From the NCBI GenBank assembly GCA_948999435.1, contig CARJCM010000002.1:1-56320 (forward strand): 56,320 nucleotides of DNA, in the 5' to 3' direction. Under the pieces are notes generated by a model. That model had not been told where the DNA came from, did no database searches, and worked only from the letters and a program-made list of their open reading frames with translations. Of the stretch, positions 46,534 through 55,734 are shown piece by piece. A program made the position numbers and the translations under genes. The stretch's first letter is position 1. Each line of letters starts with the position of its first letter. The stretch comes from an uncultured Bacilli bacterium (GTDB lineage Bacteria > Bacillota_I > Bacilli_A > RF39 > UBA660).

Positions 46534-48504
46534 CTACGATTTAATATTATTTTTAAAACCAAAATAAGTTGCGATAAAATAAATTACAAATGGAATTAAG
46601 AATAAAATCAAATTCATACTAAAATATTTTAAATAAACTGTATTTGTAGAAAGAGCAATTTGAAAAATATTATTCATAGATTTAATTGTACAAATACTTA
46701 CAATTATAGGATAAATAATTGGAAAAACATAAAATATTAATAATTGTTTAAATATGGTTTTATAAAGTTTTTCATCACTAACTCCTAATTTACTTAAAAC
46801 CTGATAACGATATTTATATTTATTAGAATCTGATAATGCTTGAATTGCCAAAATTGTTCCTACAATCGCTGTAAAAATAAAAGCTACATAAAAACATACA
46901 AATGCTGTAATTGTAAGAAATCCTTTATTATTAGCTTCCTCTTCTCCTCTAACAGTTATATTGGCTAAAGAATAACAAGTTTTATATCCATATTCATTTT
47001 CTTGACAAAAATCTGGGTCAGCAAACTCTACTAACTTTTTAGCAAATTCTTCTGTAGTTTTTTCCTTCGTATTAACACTTAAATGTGTACTATTTATATC
47101 AAGATTTTTAACTGCACTATCTGGCACTACCAAAACATAACCATAACCAACACCCCAAGCAAGAGTATAACCCTCATCAGTAATATCTTTTTGTTTTAAG
47201 GTAATACCATTAGACAAAGTTATATCTTTTATATCAGCATTCTTTAATTCATCTATAAATTCTTTTGTAACATTCAAATAGTATTCATCTTCATTTAAAG
47301 TAATAGGTTTATCGCCTTTCATTTCTAAAAGCTTATTAAAATCACTTAAAGTAATAACTCTTTCTTCTTCTCTCCAAGAAAGCTCTAGAAATTTCAAAAT
47401 ACTATTATTATAATTTTTATAATCATTATAAACTACTTTCTCTAAAATAGTATAATTATCCTCAATAAAATTTAAATATTCATCTAAATTTTCATCTACA
47501 CTTATTGAGATATCATAAGGAGCATTATATTCAATTTGATATAAGAACATTCCTTTAAACAAACTAGATATATTAAGAGCTACTAAAGCTAGAGTAATTA
47601 AAAATGATAAAGTACCTATTGTAAAACTCATAGTTTTAATTTTTGAAAATAAATTTCTCATAATAAACAAATTATCATTTTTATATTTTAGTTTTTTATG
47701 TTTTAAAACAAAATTAAGTATGAATTCCAAAAGAGTAATAGATATTCCATAAATGCTTATTAGTAGTAAAAAAATTGAAGCAACAATAAGTTGAAATGAA
47801 GGTTCATGTCCAACTCCAATAAATTGTTTATCAAATAAATATAAAGCAAATACCCCTAATAAAATAGAAACTATAAAAATAAGATTACGCGATAATTTAT
47901 TATGCTTAACTTTTTCATTTTGTTTTTCCAAATGAATCAAATTATTTATTCTCATTTTTTTAAGTCTTCTTCTTAATAAAAATAAGACAACTAAATATAT
48001 AATACCAAAATATAAAAATAGTAAAAGTACTGCTTTTAAGTTAAAACTTATTTTAACAAGTTCAGGTAATTCAAATATATTCATAATAACAAAAGACATA
48101 ATCAAACTAAATAAATAACCAATAGGTATAGATATTAAAAGTGATAAAAAACCTAAAATAATATTTTCTAAAGTAAATATTTTAGATATTTCCCTCTTTT
48201 TAATACCTAGTATCATATAAGTACCAAATTCTCTACTTCTCTTTTCAAACATAAACTTGGTAGTATAATTAATAAGAAAACAAACTGCTACTAAGACAAA
48301 AGCATTAACAAAATACATAGCAAATTCAAAATTGCTCATAACTTCGCTAAGATTTAATACACCTTCTGAAGTTGTAATTAAATTAAAAGCAAACATAAAA
48401 GCAAAAGCTAAAGTTATAGTAATCAAATAAATAGCATAATCTTTAAAACTACGTTTTACATTTCTAATAGCAAGCTTACTTAACACTAGAAACATCTCCT
48501 CCAA
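46534..48504 (-). CDS. BceB-type ABC transporter permease (FtsX domains, large extracellular loop)
   Basis: 656 aa, about 10 TM, with a ~200-aa loop between TM7 and TM8. Start may be the internal M at 48495. Confidence 0.85.
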   Translation of the reverse strand: MEEMFLVLSKLAIRNVKRSFKDYAIYLITITLAFAFMFAFNLITTSEGVLNLSEVMSNFEFAMYFVNAFVLVAVCFLINYTTKFMFEKRSREFGTYMILGIKKREISKIFTLENIILGFLSLLISIPIGYLFSLIMSFVIMNIFELPELVKISFNLKAVLLLFLYFGIIYLVVLFLLRRRLKKMRINNLIHLEKQNEKVKHNKLSRNLIFIVSILLGVFALYLFDKQFIGVGHEPSFQLIVASIFLLLISIYGISITLLEFILNFVLKHKKLKYKNDNLFIMRNLFSKIKTMSFTIGTLSFLITLALVALNISSLFKGMFLYQIEYNAPYDISISVDENLDEYLNFIEDNYTILEKVVYNDYKNYNNSILKFLELSWREEERVITLSDFNKLLEMKGDKPITLNEDEYYLNVTKEFIDELKNADIKDITLSNGITLKQKDITDEGYTLAWGVGYGYVLVVPDSAVKNLDINSTHLSVNTKEKTTEEFAKKLVEFADPDFCQENEYGYKTCYSLANITVRGEEEANNKGFLTITAFVCFYVAFIFTAIVGTILAIQALSDSNKYKYRYQVLSKLGVSDEKLYKTIFKQLLIFYVFPIIYPIIVSICTIKSMNNIFQIALSTNTVYLKYFSMNLILFLIPFVIYFIATYFGFKNNIKS

Positions 48505-49243
48505 GTAAAGTTAAGATATCTAGTATTTCATTAAAAAACTCTTTTCTAGATTTCTCACCCTTTACTATTTCATTAAATATTTTACCATCCTTTAAGAATA
48601 AAACTCTTTTACAAAAACTAGCTGAAAATGAATCATGAGTTACCATTAAAATTGTTGCTTTAAAATCTGTATTCATACTTGCCATTGTTTCTAAAAGCAT
48701 TCTAGAAGATTTAGAATCTAAAGAACCCGTTGGTTCATCAGCTAAAATTAATTTTGGTTTATTAATTAAAGCTCTTGCACAAGCACATCTTTGTTTTTGT
48801 CCTCCTGATACTTCATAAGGAAATTTATTTAAAATATTATCTATTCCAAGACTAGTTGCCATTTTATTTACTCTATCGTCTACACTTTTCCATTCACTTT
48901 CATTTATAATTAAAGATAAAGCTATATTTTCTTCAATAGTTAAAGTATCTAATAAATTAAAATCCTGAAAAATAAAACCTAAATTTTTACGTCTAAAATC
49001 TGCTAAATCATCCTCTTTAATAGTAGTTATATCTTGATTACCTACAAAAATATTACCACTAGTAACATTATCAATAGTTGAAATACAATTTAAAAGTGTT
49101 GATTTACCAGAACCACTAGCTCCCATAATAGCTGCAAATTCTCCTTCATTTAAAGAAAAAGTAATACCATCAACCGCTTTCGTTATATTTGTATTTGCTC
49201 CATAATATTTCTTAACATTATTAATTTTTAAAACTTCATTCAT
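48476..49243 (-). CDS. BceA-type ABC transporter ATP-binding protein
   Basis: Start at MNEVLKINNVKKYY (GGAAGGAG SD). Walker A GASGSGKST, signature SGGQKQR, Walker B LILADEPTG. Confidence 0.9.
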   Translation of the reverse strand: MNEVLKINNVKKYYGANTNITKAVDGITFSLNEGEFAAIMGASGSGKSTLLNCISTIDNVTSGNIFVGNQDITTIKEDDLADFRRKNLGFIFQDFNLLDTLTIEENIALSLIINESEWKSVDDRVNKMATSLGIDNILNKFPYEVSGGQKQRCACARALINKPKLILADEPTGSLDSKSSRMLLETMASMNTDFKATILMVTHDSFSASFCKRVLFLKDGKIFNEIVKGEKSRKEFFNEILDILTLLGGDVSSVK

Positions 49244-49276
49244 ATTTTTCTCCTTCCAAACCAATCGGTCACTAAA

Positions 49277-49319
49277 ATTATATCAAAATACTATAATAAA
49301 TAATATTACACTTTTGTTA
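49277..49319 (-). promoter_or_regulatory. bceA promoter with upstream BceR-like operator
   Basis: On the minus strand: imperfect inverted repeat TAACA-AAAG-TGTAA (49319-49306), which fits the TNACA-N4-TGTAA BceR-type box as I recall it. It sits just upstream of a weak -35 and an extended -10 TGATATAAT (49285-49277). Confidence 0.5.
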
Positions 49320-49320
49320 T

Positions 49321-49350
49321 AAAAGAAAAAGCAAGAATTTCTTCTTACTT
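49321..49350 (-). terminator. Rho-independent terminator of the ABC-F gene
   Basis: On the minus strand: AAGUAAGAA-GAAA-UUCUUGCUU followed by UUUUCUUUU. Confidence 0.75.
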
Positions 49351-49359
49351 TTAATATGG

Positions 49360-50859
49360 TTAATTAACTTCTTTTAAACCATCTTTAGTTAAAATATAAA
49401 CTTTATTAGCTACTTCACTTATATATTTTCGGTCATGAGAAATACTTATAATTGTCCCTTTAAAATCATTTAAAACCTGTCTTATTACAGGATTAGATAA
49501 AGGACTAACATTTCTAGTAGGTTCATCAAGTAATAAAACATCACTTCTATCAAGAACTAACTTAAGCAAAAATAATTTAGCTTTAGCTCCATTACTTAAA
49601 TTTTTTATTTTTCCCGTCATTTCTTCTCTTGTAAACTTCATATTCCCCAAATACATTCGAGCTTTAGTAATATCATCTTTACTACTAAGATTTAAAAAAT
49701 CTATTACATTTTCATAATCATTTAAAATATCATCATAGTTTTGGGGCATGTACCCAAGTTTAATATCTTTTCTAACTTTCAACTCTTCATATATTATTTT
49801 CATTAAAGTTGTCTTCCCAACCCCATTATTACCTACAATACACAAATGCGTATTACCAATTACATCTAATAAAATATTTTTAGCTAAAACTTTATTGGAA
49901 AATTTCAATTCTGAAATATTTAAACTAATAATTTTCTTCGTACTAGGAATAAAAACATCTTCAAAAAAGAAATTAATACTCTCTTCTGTATCAGGTATTT
50001 CAGTAAGCTCCATATTATCAAGCTTTTTTTCTTGAGCCTTTAGGGAATGCATTTTTTTCTTTAAAAGTTTAGCTCCATGAGGGTCACTTCTTGAAATAGT
50101 ATTTTGTTCATAATGAACTTTATTCATTACTTGTTGTAATTTAGCTTCTTTTTTTAGATACTCTCTTTTTTGTGATTTAGCAAGTTGTGTTTCTTTGTCT
50201 AACCATTTTAATCTTTCACTAATATAAGTATCATAATCAGTTTTTACTAAAGTATTTCTAGCTTTAGTCTTATTATTTATTTGTTCTAAATGTAAAATAA
50301 TATTCGCTGTCTTAGAAAGTAATACTTCATCGTGTGAAACATACATAATTGGTTTAGAAGTATTTACCAAAAAGTTTTCTAACCAAGATAAAGTATCCAA
50401 ATCTAAATCATTAGTAGGTTCATCTAAAAATAAGATATCATTTTCCTCTAATAATAATTTTAGAATACCAATTTTTACTTTTTCTCCTCCTGATAAAGTT
50501 TTAATTAATTGTTCTAATATAGTATCTTCTAAATTAATTATTTCCAAATATTTATAAAAAGAATTAACTTTATTATAATAATCATTATCATTTAAAAATA
50601 AATAATCAAATACTCTTTTCTCTAAATCAGCTTCGTTTATATTTTGAGCTAAATACCCTATTTTATTACCAAGAATATTAATAGTACCAGTAATATTTAC
50701 GTAATTAGCTATACCTAAAATAGCTTTTAATAAAGTAGACTTTCCATTTCCCTCTTCACCAATTATAGCTAATTTATCATTTTTATTTAAGACCAACGAT
50801 AAATTTTCTACTAAATATCTATCATTAAGCCTAATACTTAAATTTTTTATTTCTAACAT
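49360..50859 (-). CDS. ABC-F family ATPase, ARE (Lsa/Vga/Msr-like ribosomal protection) type
   Basis: Start at MLEIKNLSI (GGAGG SD). Two NBDs (GEEGNGKST / LSGGEKVK / LFLDEPTN and GNNGVGKTT / LSNGAKAK / LLLDEPT). No TM. Charged inter-domain linker. Leader ORF upstream. Confidence 0.8.
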   Translation of the reverse strand: MLEIKNLSIRLNDRYLVENLSLVLNKNDKLAIIGEEGNGKSTLLKAILGIANYVNITGTINILGNKIGYLAQNINEADLEKRVFDYLFLNDNDYYNKVNSFYKYLEIINLEDTILEQLIKTLSGGEKVKIGILKLLLEENDILFLDEPTNDLDLDTLSWLENFLVNTSKPIMYVSHDEVLLSKTANIILHLEQINNKTKARNTLVKTDYDTYISERLKWLDKETQLAKSQKREYLKKEAKLQQVMNKVHYEQNTISRSDPHGAKLLKKKMHSLKAQEKKLDNMELTEIPDTEESINFFFEDVFIPSTKKIISLNISELKFSNKVLAKNILLDVIGNTHLCIVGNNGVGKTTLMKIIYEELKVRKDIKLGYMPQNYDDILNDYENVIDFLNLSSKDDITKARMYLGNMKFTREEMTGKIKNLSNGAKAKLFLLKLVLDRSDVLLLDEPTRNVSPLSNPVIRQVLNDFKGTIISISHDRKYISEVANKVYILTKDGLKEVN

Positions 50860-50860
50860 T

Positions 50861-50897
50861 TTATGCCTCCATTTTGGCATAATCAAAGTTTATGCCA
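50861..50897 (-). promoter_or_regulatory. Mutually exclusive hairpins in the ABC-F leader. One occludes part of the SD.
   Basis: mRNA segments: 1 UGGCAUAA (50897-50890), 2 UUAUGCCA (50882-50875), 3 GGCAUAA (50867-50861, overlapping the GGAGG SD). Pairing 1:2 is 8 bp and 2:3 is 7 bp. Confidence 0.55.
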
Positions 50898-50900
50898 TAC

Positions 50901-50921
50901 TTAATCTTTTATCATTCTCAT
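50901..50921 (-). CDS. Leader peptide ORF MRMIKD* upstream of the ABC-F gene
   Basis: ATG at 50921 with an AAGAGGTG SD 5 nt upstream. The stop TAA lies 3 nt before hairpin segment 1. Confidence 0.5.
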   Translation of the reverse strand: MRMIKD

Positions 50922-50960
50922 GTTTACACCTCTTATATAAAATTTCTTTTTATTAAAATA

Positions 50961-51212
50961 TTATTTGTCTTTCCAATACCACCATTTTAATTTTTCAGCA
51001 TCAGGAAATTCATGTTCTGCATAATAAACTGCCATTCTAAATACATATAATTGGCATCTATCTTCTTGATATTTTTTAAATATACAATCATCCATGTATA
51101 ATGTTTCTGGATCTTTACCAACTAAATCTTCTACACAAGTTATTCCTATATTAATCAAATCTTCCTTTGTATTTTTACCAACATAAGGAATTGTTAACAA
51201 ATCAGTTTTCAT
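50961..51212 (-). CDS. Helix-hairpin-helix protein, Cdd1 / mitomycin-resistance-like family
   Basis: 83 aa. LLTIPYVGKNTKEDLINIGI (HhH) and the C-terminal WWYWKD are typical of the family as I recall it. Confidence 0.55.
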   Translation of the reverse strand: MKTDLLTIPYVGKNTKEDLINIGITCVEDLVGKDPETLYMDDCIFKKYQEDRCQLYVFRMAVYYAEHEFPDAEKLKWWYWKDK

Positions 51213-51292
51213 TTTAACCTCACTTATATTTAAAGATAAACTTTAATTTATCTTTCTAAAACTATTTTTAAGAACTCCTATATTTAATAACA

Positions 51293-54166
51293 TTATTTTT
51301 GCGATATAGTTGTCTTACCCATTATATGATTTTTTATTTGTACATAATCGGTAGCATAAATATTACCATCATTATTTATATCAGCTGCCAAAAGATAAGC
51401 ACCCGCTAAACTAGATTTACCCATTATGTGATTTTTTATTTTAACATAATCCGTAGCATATATCTCTCCATCGCCATTAACATCACCTTTTATAACAACG
51501 GTATAATTATATTCTGTATTATTAAAAAATAATGTAAACTTCATTCCTGTCGCAATTAAGCCATCATTGATTTCTATATTTGAAGAATTTTTAAAACTTT
51601 TTAAAACTATATTATTATTAGCTATTAAAGATTTAATAGTTTTAACATTAGTTCCGAGTTTAAAACCAGTAACATAACCATTATTCTTTTTTAAGCCTAA
51701 TTTTTTCAATACTTCATCTTCTGAAATTACAACTTCCACATTTTTTATTGTAACATTAGCTTCCAAACGCATTTTACCAGTTCCAATCAAAATATCGATA
51801 TAAACAACTGACGAGCCAGGTTTAACTCCAACTATTTGATTATCAGAAATTGCGATATTAGAATTAGATGCTTCTAAAAGATAATTAAGATTAGTATTTG
51901 GATTACTAAATATTTCAGGTCTAACCTTAGCATTATTATCCATATTTATATTTTTAGAATTAGTTATACTTATTATTCCCACTGATAAAGATGAATTATT
52001 CAGAAAACTTAAATCATGAAATCCTTCTACATAACCACCAGCACCTGGCAAATTATTATCATTATTATTAAAATAAACATTTATAGGTGTTTTATAAGTA
52101 CTATTTATCGCTTGGATGCCAATAAAACCGCCAACATTTTTTTGTCCCTTTATAGTTCCATTAGCAAAACTATTCTTTATTGTTGCATTTTGATTAATCC
52201 CAATAAATCCTCCCGCATTATTAGTAGAACTTACATTTAATGCCGTAGAACAATTATCAATAATAGTAGTATCATTAACGTTACCAATAAATCCTCCTGT
52301 AGAACTTAAACTATATTGTCCCTCTACTTCATTAGTTACACTTCCATTTTTAAGTCTTACATTAGTTAAAGTAACATTTTCAGCAACATTAGCAAAACCA
52401 CCTAGATAATCTTTTCTATTACCAGTTACAATTATATTTTCAATAAATAAATTTTCAATTTTAGTATGACTATTAAAAGCTCCTATATTATTAAATACTC
52501 CTGTCCCATTACTTCTAATATTAGCTAAAGTTTTATTATTACCATCTAAATTACCTTTAAAATCAATACTAGGATAATTTGATATATTATTAAAGTCAAT
52601 ATCAGTTGCTAATTTATAATATTTATTTTCAGTATCAATACTCATTAAATATAAAAAAGTAAACGCATCTTTTATCAAATAAGGACTTTCTTTAGTTCCA
52701 TTACCATCAAATTCAGTAAATTTAACATTGAAAGTTACACTATTAGAGGTTTCACTTATAACATTAATTGATATACCCGAATTAGTACCATCCGTAAAAA
52801 AGATTGTTTGATTATCAAAAGCTGAATTATTTAAATCTATATCTTTTCCAAAAGTTTTTCTTTGCATATTAAGTGTTGCTGAAGATAGATTTCCTAGTCC
52901 TTGACCTAAACCAGTTTCTCCAGGTCTAAAAACATAAATGTGGTCATTTTTCCCATTATTACTTCCATCACCATTACCATTATATTTATTCTGTTCATTA
53001 ACTCTATAAATTATAATTCCATTCGAATCCGCTGAATAGCTTTCATAAGTATTTAACTTTTCATGATATTCTACAATAAAATATTCATTAGTAATACCAG
53101 GTATTTGAATTTTAATAGCTCGTTTTTCATTCGCATCTATAAAGTTTGGTTTAAATAAAGTTATATTTTCAGTTGATTTATTTATAACAGGTATAGGATT
53201 ATGCCATCTTATCGCTGAACTAAATTCACTTGTAAAGTAAGTTAAAAAACTTTGAGGATTAGAACCAATCGCATTTCCCATTATATCATAAAAGCCTACT
53301 GGTTTTGAATTAGAATTACCATAACGATATAAATCTCTAAAACCTAAAACATGACCAAATTCATGAATAATAGTACCATAACCACCATGATTAAGAGAAA
53401 ATAAACTAGCAACTTCTGTATAATCATCAGCTCGTAGTAATGTGTAAGCATTAACATCTTTTCCTAAAATTTGTTCAGTTATACCTGTATTAGAAGATTC
53501 ATGAGACCAAAGAATATCACCCCAAGCTATACTTGATGGTAATTTTTTTTGCCCTTCAATAATAAAAGATATAGCATCTATTTTATTATCTCCATCGGCA
53601 TCTAAATCACTCGCTGTTATACCAGATGCTACCACTTGATTTTTTATATAACGAACAGCATTATTAATTAACTCTTTTTCTCTATTAGCCCCTTCATTTT
53701 TATCTTTATAGCCTATTGGATTGCCTTCATTTTGTTTTAAATAGTATCCTATTGGATGGGTATCTTGATAAGAAACAACTTTACCATCTACTTTAGGAAA
53801 AATCTCTGTTGTAATAGACAATTTCCCATAACTTTCTCTTTCAAAATACTTCTTAAATGAAGGCACCGAAATAATACCTTTTACACTATCCATTAGAAAT
53901 AAGGTATCACTATTATATATTAAATTAGCATTATTAACACTTTGTTCATCATCTAAATGATTAACTACATTAGTATCACTATCACTAAATTCTATAAATA
54001 CAGCAATGTTTTTAATATTTCGTGTTGTAGATTTTTGAGTGGTATTAAAAGCTAAACTTTCCGACTTTGAATAATTTTCTATACTAATCTTATCAAAAGT
54101 TAAACTTGAAGAACTAACAGATAATATTAAAAAAATGGCTACTAATATTCTAGTTAGTCTTTTCAT
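51293..54166 (-). CDS. Secreted M6-like (InhA-type) zinc metalloprotease with GLUG-repeat region and C-terminal type I dockerin
   Basis: Start at MKRLTRIL (AAAGGTG SD) with a signal peptide. HEFGH at nt 53351-53365 (TIIHEFGHVLGFRDLY). Repeated GGFIG/GGFAN GLUG motifs. C-terminal DVNGDGEIYATDYVKIKNHIMG ... DINNDGNIYATDYVQIKNHIMG. Confidence 0.85.
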   Translation of the reverse strand: MKRLTRILVAIFLILSVSSSSLTFDKISIENYSKSESLAFNTTQKSTTRNIKNIAVFIEFSDSDTNVVNHLDDEQSVNNANLIYNSDTLFLMDSVKGIISVPSFKKYFERESYGKLSITTEIFPKVDGKVVSYQDTHPIGYYLKQNEGNPIGYKDKNEGANREKELINNAVRYIKNQVVASGITASDLDADGDNKIDAISFIIEGQKKLPSSIAWGDILWSHESSNTGITEQILGKDVNAYTLLRADDYTEVASLFSLNHGGYGTIIHEFGHVLGFRDLYRYGNSNSKPVGFYDIMGNAIGSNPQSFLTYFTSEFSSAIRWHNPIPVINKSTENITLFKPNFIDANEKRAIKIQIPGITNEYFIVEYHEKLNTYESYSADSNGIIIYRVNEQNKYNGNGDGSNNGKNDHIYVFRPGETGLGQGLGNLSSATLNMQRKTFGKDIDLNNSAFDNQTIFFTDGTNSGISINVISETSNSVTFNVKFTEFDGNGTKESPYLIKDAFTFLYLMSIDTENKYYKLATDIDFNNISNYPSIDFKGNLDGNNKTLANIRSNGTGVFNNIGAFNSHTKIENLFIENIIVTGNRKDYLGGFANVAENVTLTNVRLKNGSVTNEVEGQYSLSSTGGFIGNVNDTTIIDNCSTALNVSSTNNAGGFIGINQNATIKNSFANGTIKGQKNVGGFIGIQAINSTYKTPINVYFNNNDNNLPGAGGYVEGFHDLSFLNNSSLSVGIISITNSKNINMDNNAKVRPEIFSNPNTNLNYLLEASNSNIAISDNQIVGVKPGSSVVYIDILIGTGKMRLEANVTIKNVEVVISEDEVLKKLGLKKNNGYVTGFKLGTNVKTIKSLIANNNIVLKSFKNSSNIEINDGLIATGMKFTLFFNNTEYNYTVVIKGDVNGDGEIYATDYVKIKNHIMGKSSLAGAYLLAADINNDGNIYATDYVQIKNHIMGKTTISQK

Positions 54167-55409
54167 TAAATACACCTTTTTTTATTTTATATAGTAAAAA
54201 TACTATAATACTTATTGTTAAAAATAGCATACCACCTAAAACATATACTAATATATTTTTATTTTCCTTCTTTATTTCAGGACAAGTTTTAAAATCATTA
54301 TAAAGTTGAATTGTACCTTCTGTTTTTTCATACAAATAATTCTTTAAAGAACCATCTTCTTTTAAAACTTTTAATATACAATAATTATCATTTCCATTTT
54401 TAAATTTAGAACAAACAACCTCTTGGTCATTAATAGTTATTTTATCTAGTGTTAAATTATCATTATCTACATCAGTGATTAAATAAACTTTATCATCTAC
54501 CTTTAATAAACTTATTTTATATTCTATTTTTTTACTATCTTTATTAAATAGATAAAAACCTCTTTCATTTTTTTCATTAATACCATATATTAAATTTAAA
54601 GCATCTTTAATAAATAAATTAATAGTATTATCATCTATTTTATATTCACTATTAGAGAATCCCTCCAAAGTTGGCATATCAGAGTTATTTCTTATAACTC
54701 CAATTTTCTCATTTTTATAATTTAAATAAACTTGAGGTGTTTCATCAACATAAGCTTTAATCGTATATACTTTCTTAGAACCATTCTCAGCCGTAACCGT
54801 TATATCAATAACATTTTCTCCCACTTTTAAATTAATCTCTCCAAGACCATTTACTTTGGCTTTAGAATCAGATAAAGTACCTTTAATTACAATTTTATTA
54901 ATACTTGCTGGCAAATTTAAATTATATTCAGTTTTACTTTTATCAAATGCTGGAGATAACTCTCCCTCATCTACACTTAATGAAGATAAGTTATTATCAT
55001 TAGACTTTTTATTACTAGTATCTGGTATAGTTGGTTTAGTTGGTAGTGTTGTATTATTAGAAGTAATATTTACAGAAACACTTCTTGCTCCAGGATTATA
55101 AATATTAGCATCTGAATCTGAAAAACCAGTCACTGGTGTCGCTGTAACTACAACCTTTCCACTTCCTCCAGCAGTAACTGTAACATTTACATATCCTTGT
55201 TCAACCCAAACGCTAGATGTTGATAATGTACCATTTGAAACAGAAAGATTTACTCTACCAATACAATCTCCTCCAACACTTACTGTAAATGTTCCATTAG
55301 GCTTTACGGAACTTACTTTAGATGACATACTAAATGAAGCAGCATCTACAGTACTACAACAAAATATTATTGCTAGTACACTAAAGATTATTAATTTTAT
55401 TTTTTTCAT
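54150..55409 (-). CDS. Surface protein: signal peptide, Ig-like N-domain, cadherin-like beta-sandwich domain, C-terminal TM anchor
   Basis: Signal peptide ending VDAAS. LSSLSVDEGELSPAFDKSKTEYNLNLP...VIDITVTAENGSKKVYTIKAY is the cadherin-like (PF12733-type) pattern. C-terminal TM ILVYVLGGMLFLTISIIVFLLY. Confidence 0.75.
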   Translation of the reverse strand: MKKIKLIIFSVLAIIFCCSTVDAASFSMSSKVSSVKPNGTFTVSVGGDCIGRVNLSVSNGTLSTSSVWVEQGYVNVTVTAGGSGKVVVTATPVTGFSDSDANIYNPGARSVSVNITSNNTTLPTKPTIPDTSNKKSNDNNLSSLSVDEGELSPAFDKSKTEYNLNLPASINKIVIKGTLSDSKAKVNGLGEINLKVGENVIDITVTAENGSKKVYTIKAYVDETPQVYLNYKNEKIGVIRNNSDMPTLEGFSNSEYKIDDNTINLFIKDALNLIYGINEKNERGFYLFNKDSKKIEYKISLLKVDDKVYLITDVDNDNLTLDKITINDQEVVCSKFKNGNDNYCILKVLKEDGSLKNYLYEKTEGTIQLYNDFKTCPEIKKENKNILVYVLGGMLFLTISIIVFLLYKIKKGVFNEKTN

Positions 55410-55473
55410 ACAAACTTTTACTCCTTTTTTCTTATATCTAATTATATCATAAAGATTAAATAATTAGAATTTT

Positions 55474-55734
55474 TTACTTAATATGAGCAGTAATTATTGT
55501 AAAGCTATAAGAATTAATAGTCAAAATAATATTATCTATTTCACAATACCAATTCTTTCCATTTTTATATATAACCGCATTATTATCTAAAACCTTGTTT
55601 TTACAATACTCTACAACATCATTAACATCAAGCTTTAAATTTTTCTTTATTCTTAAAATTCCCATTTCAGTAGTATGAATTTTATCAATATTTTTTATTA
55701 AATCTTCTTTATTCATAATCACATCACTTACCAT
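55474..55734 (-). CDS. DUF3781 family protein
   Basis: IHTTEMGILRIKKNL...GKNWYCEI...ILTINSYSFTIITAH matches the DUF3781 pattern as recalled. Alternative start at 55716. Confidence 0.6.
   Translation of the reverse strand: MVSDVIMNKEDLIKNIDKIHTTEMGILRIKKNLKLDVNDVVEYCKNKVLDNNAVIYKNGKNWYCEIDNIILTINSYSFTIITAHIK

Noticed and set aside
51296-51505. Near-identical ~70-nt DNA repeats at the 3' end of the protease gene, taken as a tandem repeat or phase-variation element
   Set aside because: They encode the two calcium-binding repeats of the dockerin. The protein domain structure explains the repeat fully.
13-55101. About 30 short ORFs in the supplied track that lie antisense to, or out of frame within, longer genes. 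Examples: 13..258, 1930..2112, 2377..2598, 3918..4133, 4800..5084, 6457..6684, 8510..8761, 8695..8880, 13234..13428, 13474..13698, 13695..13922, 14350..14601, 16124..16402, 18940..19158, 23763..23948, 24089..24716, 26499..26693, 27183..27374, 27621..27842, 29166..29360, 29730..29942, 33196..33450, 37015..37209, 38361..38564, 42596..42868, 49748..50035, 52016..52240, 54856..55101.
   Set aside because: They are shadow ORFs. They have low-complexity Ile/Leu/Phe/Ser-rich translations, no SD sequences and complete overlap with genes that carry clear family motifs.
55060-55330. N-terminal beta domain of 54150..55409 called a cohesin
   Set aside because: It is only about 90 aa and lacks any cohesin signature I can recognise by eye. 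I kept it only as a hypothesis to test, not as an annotation.
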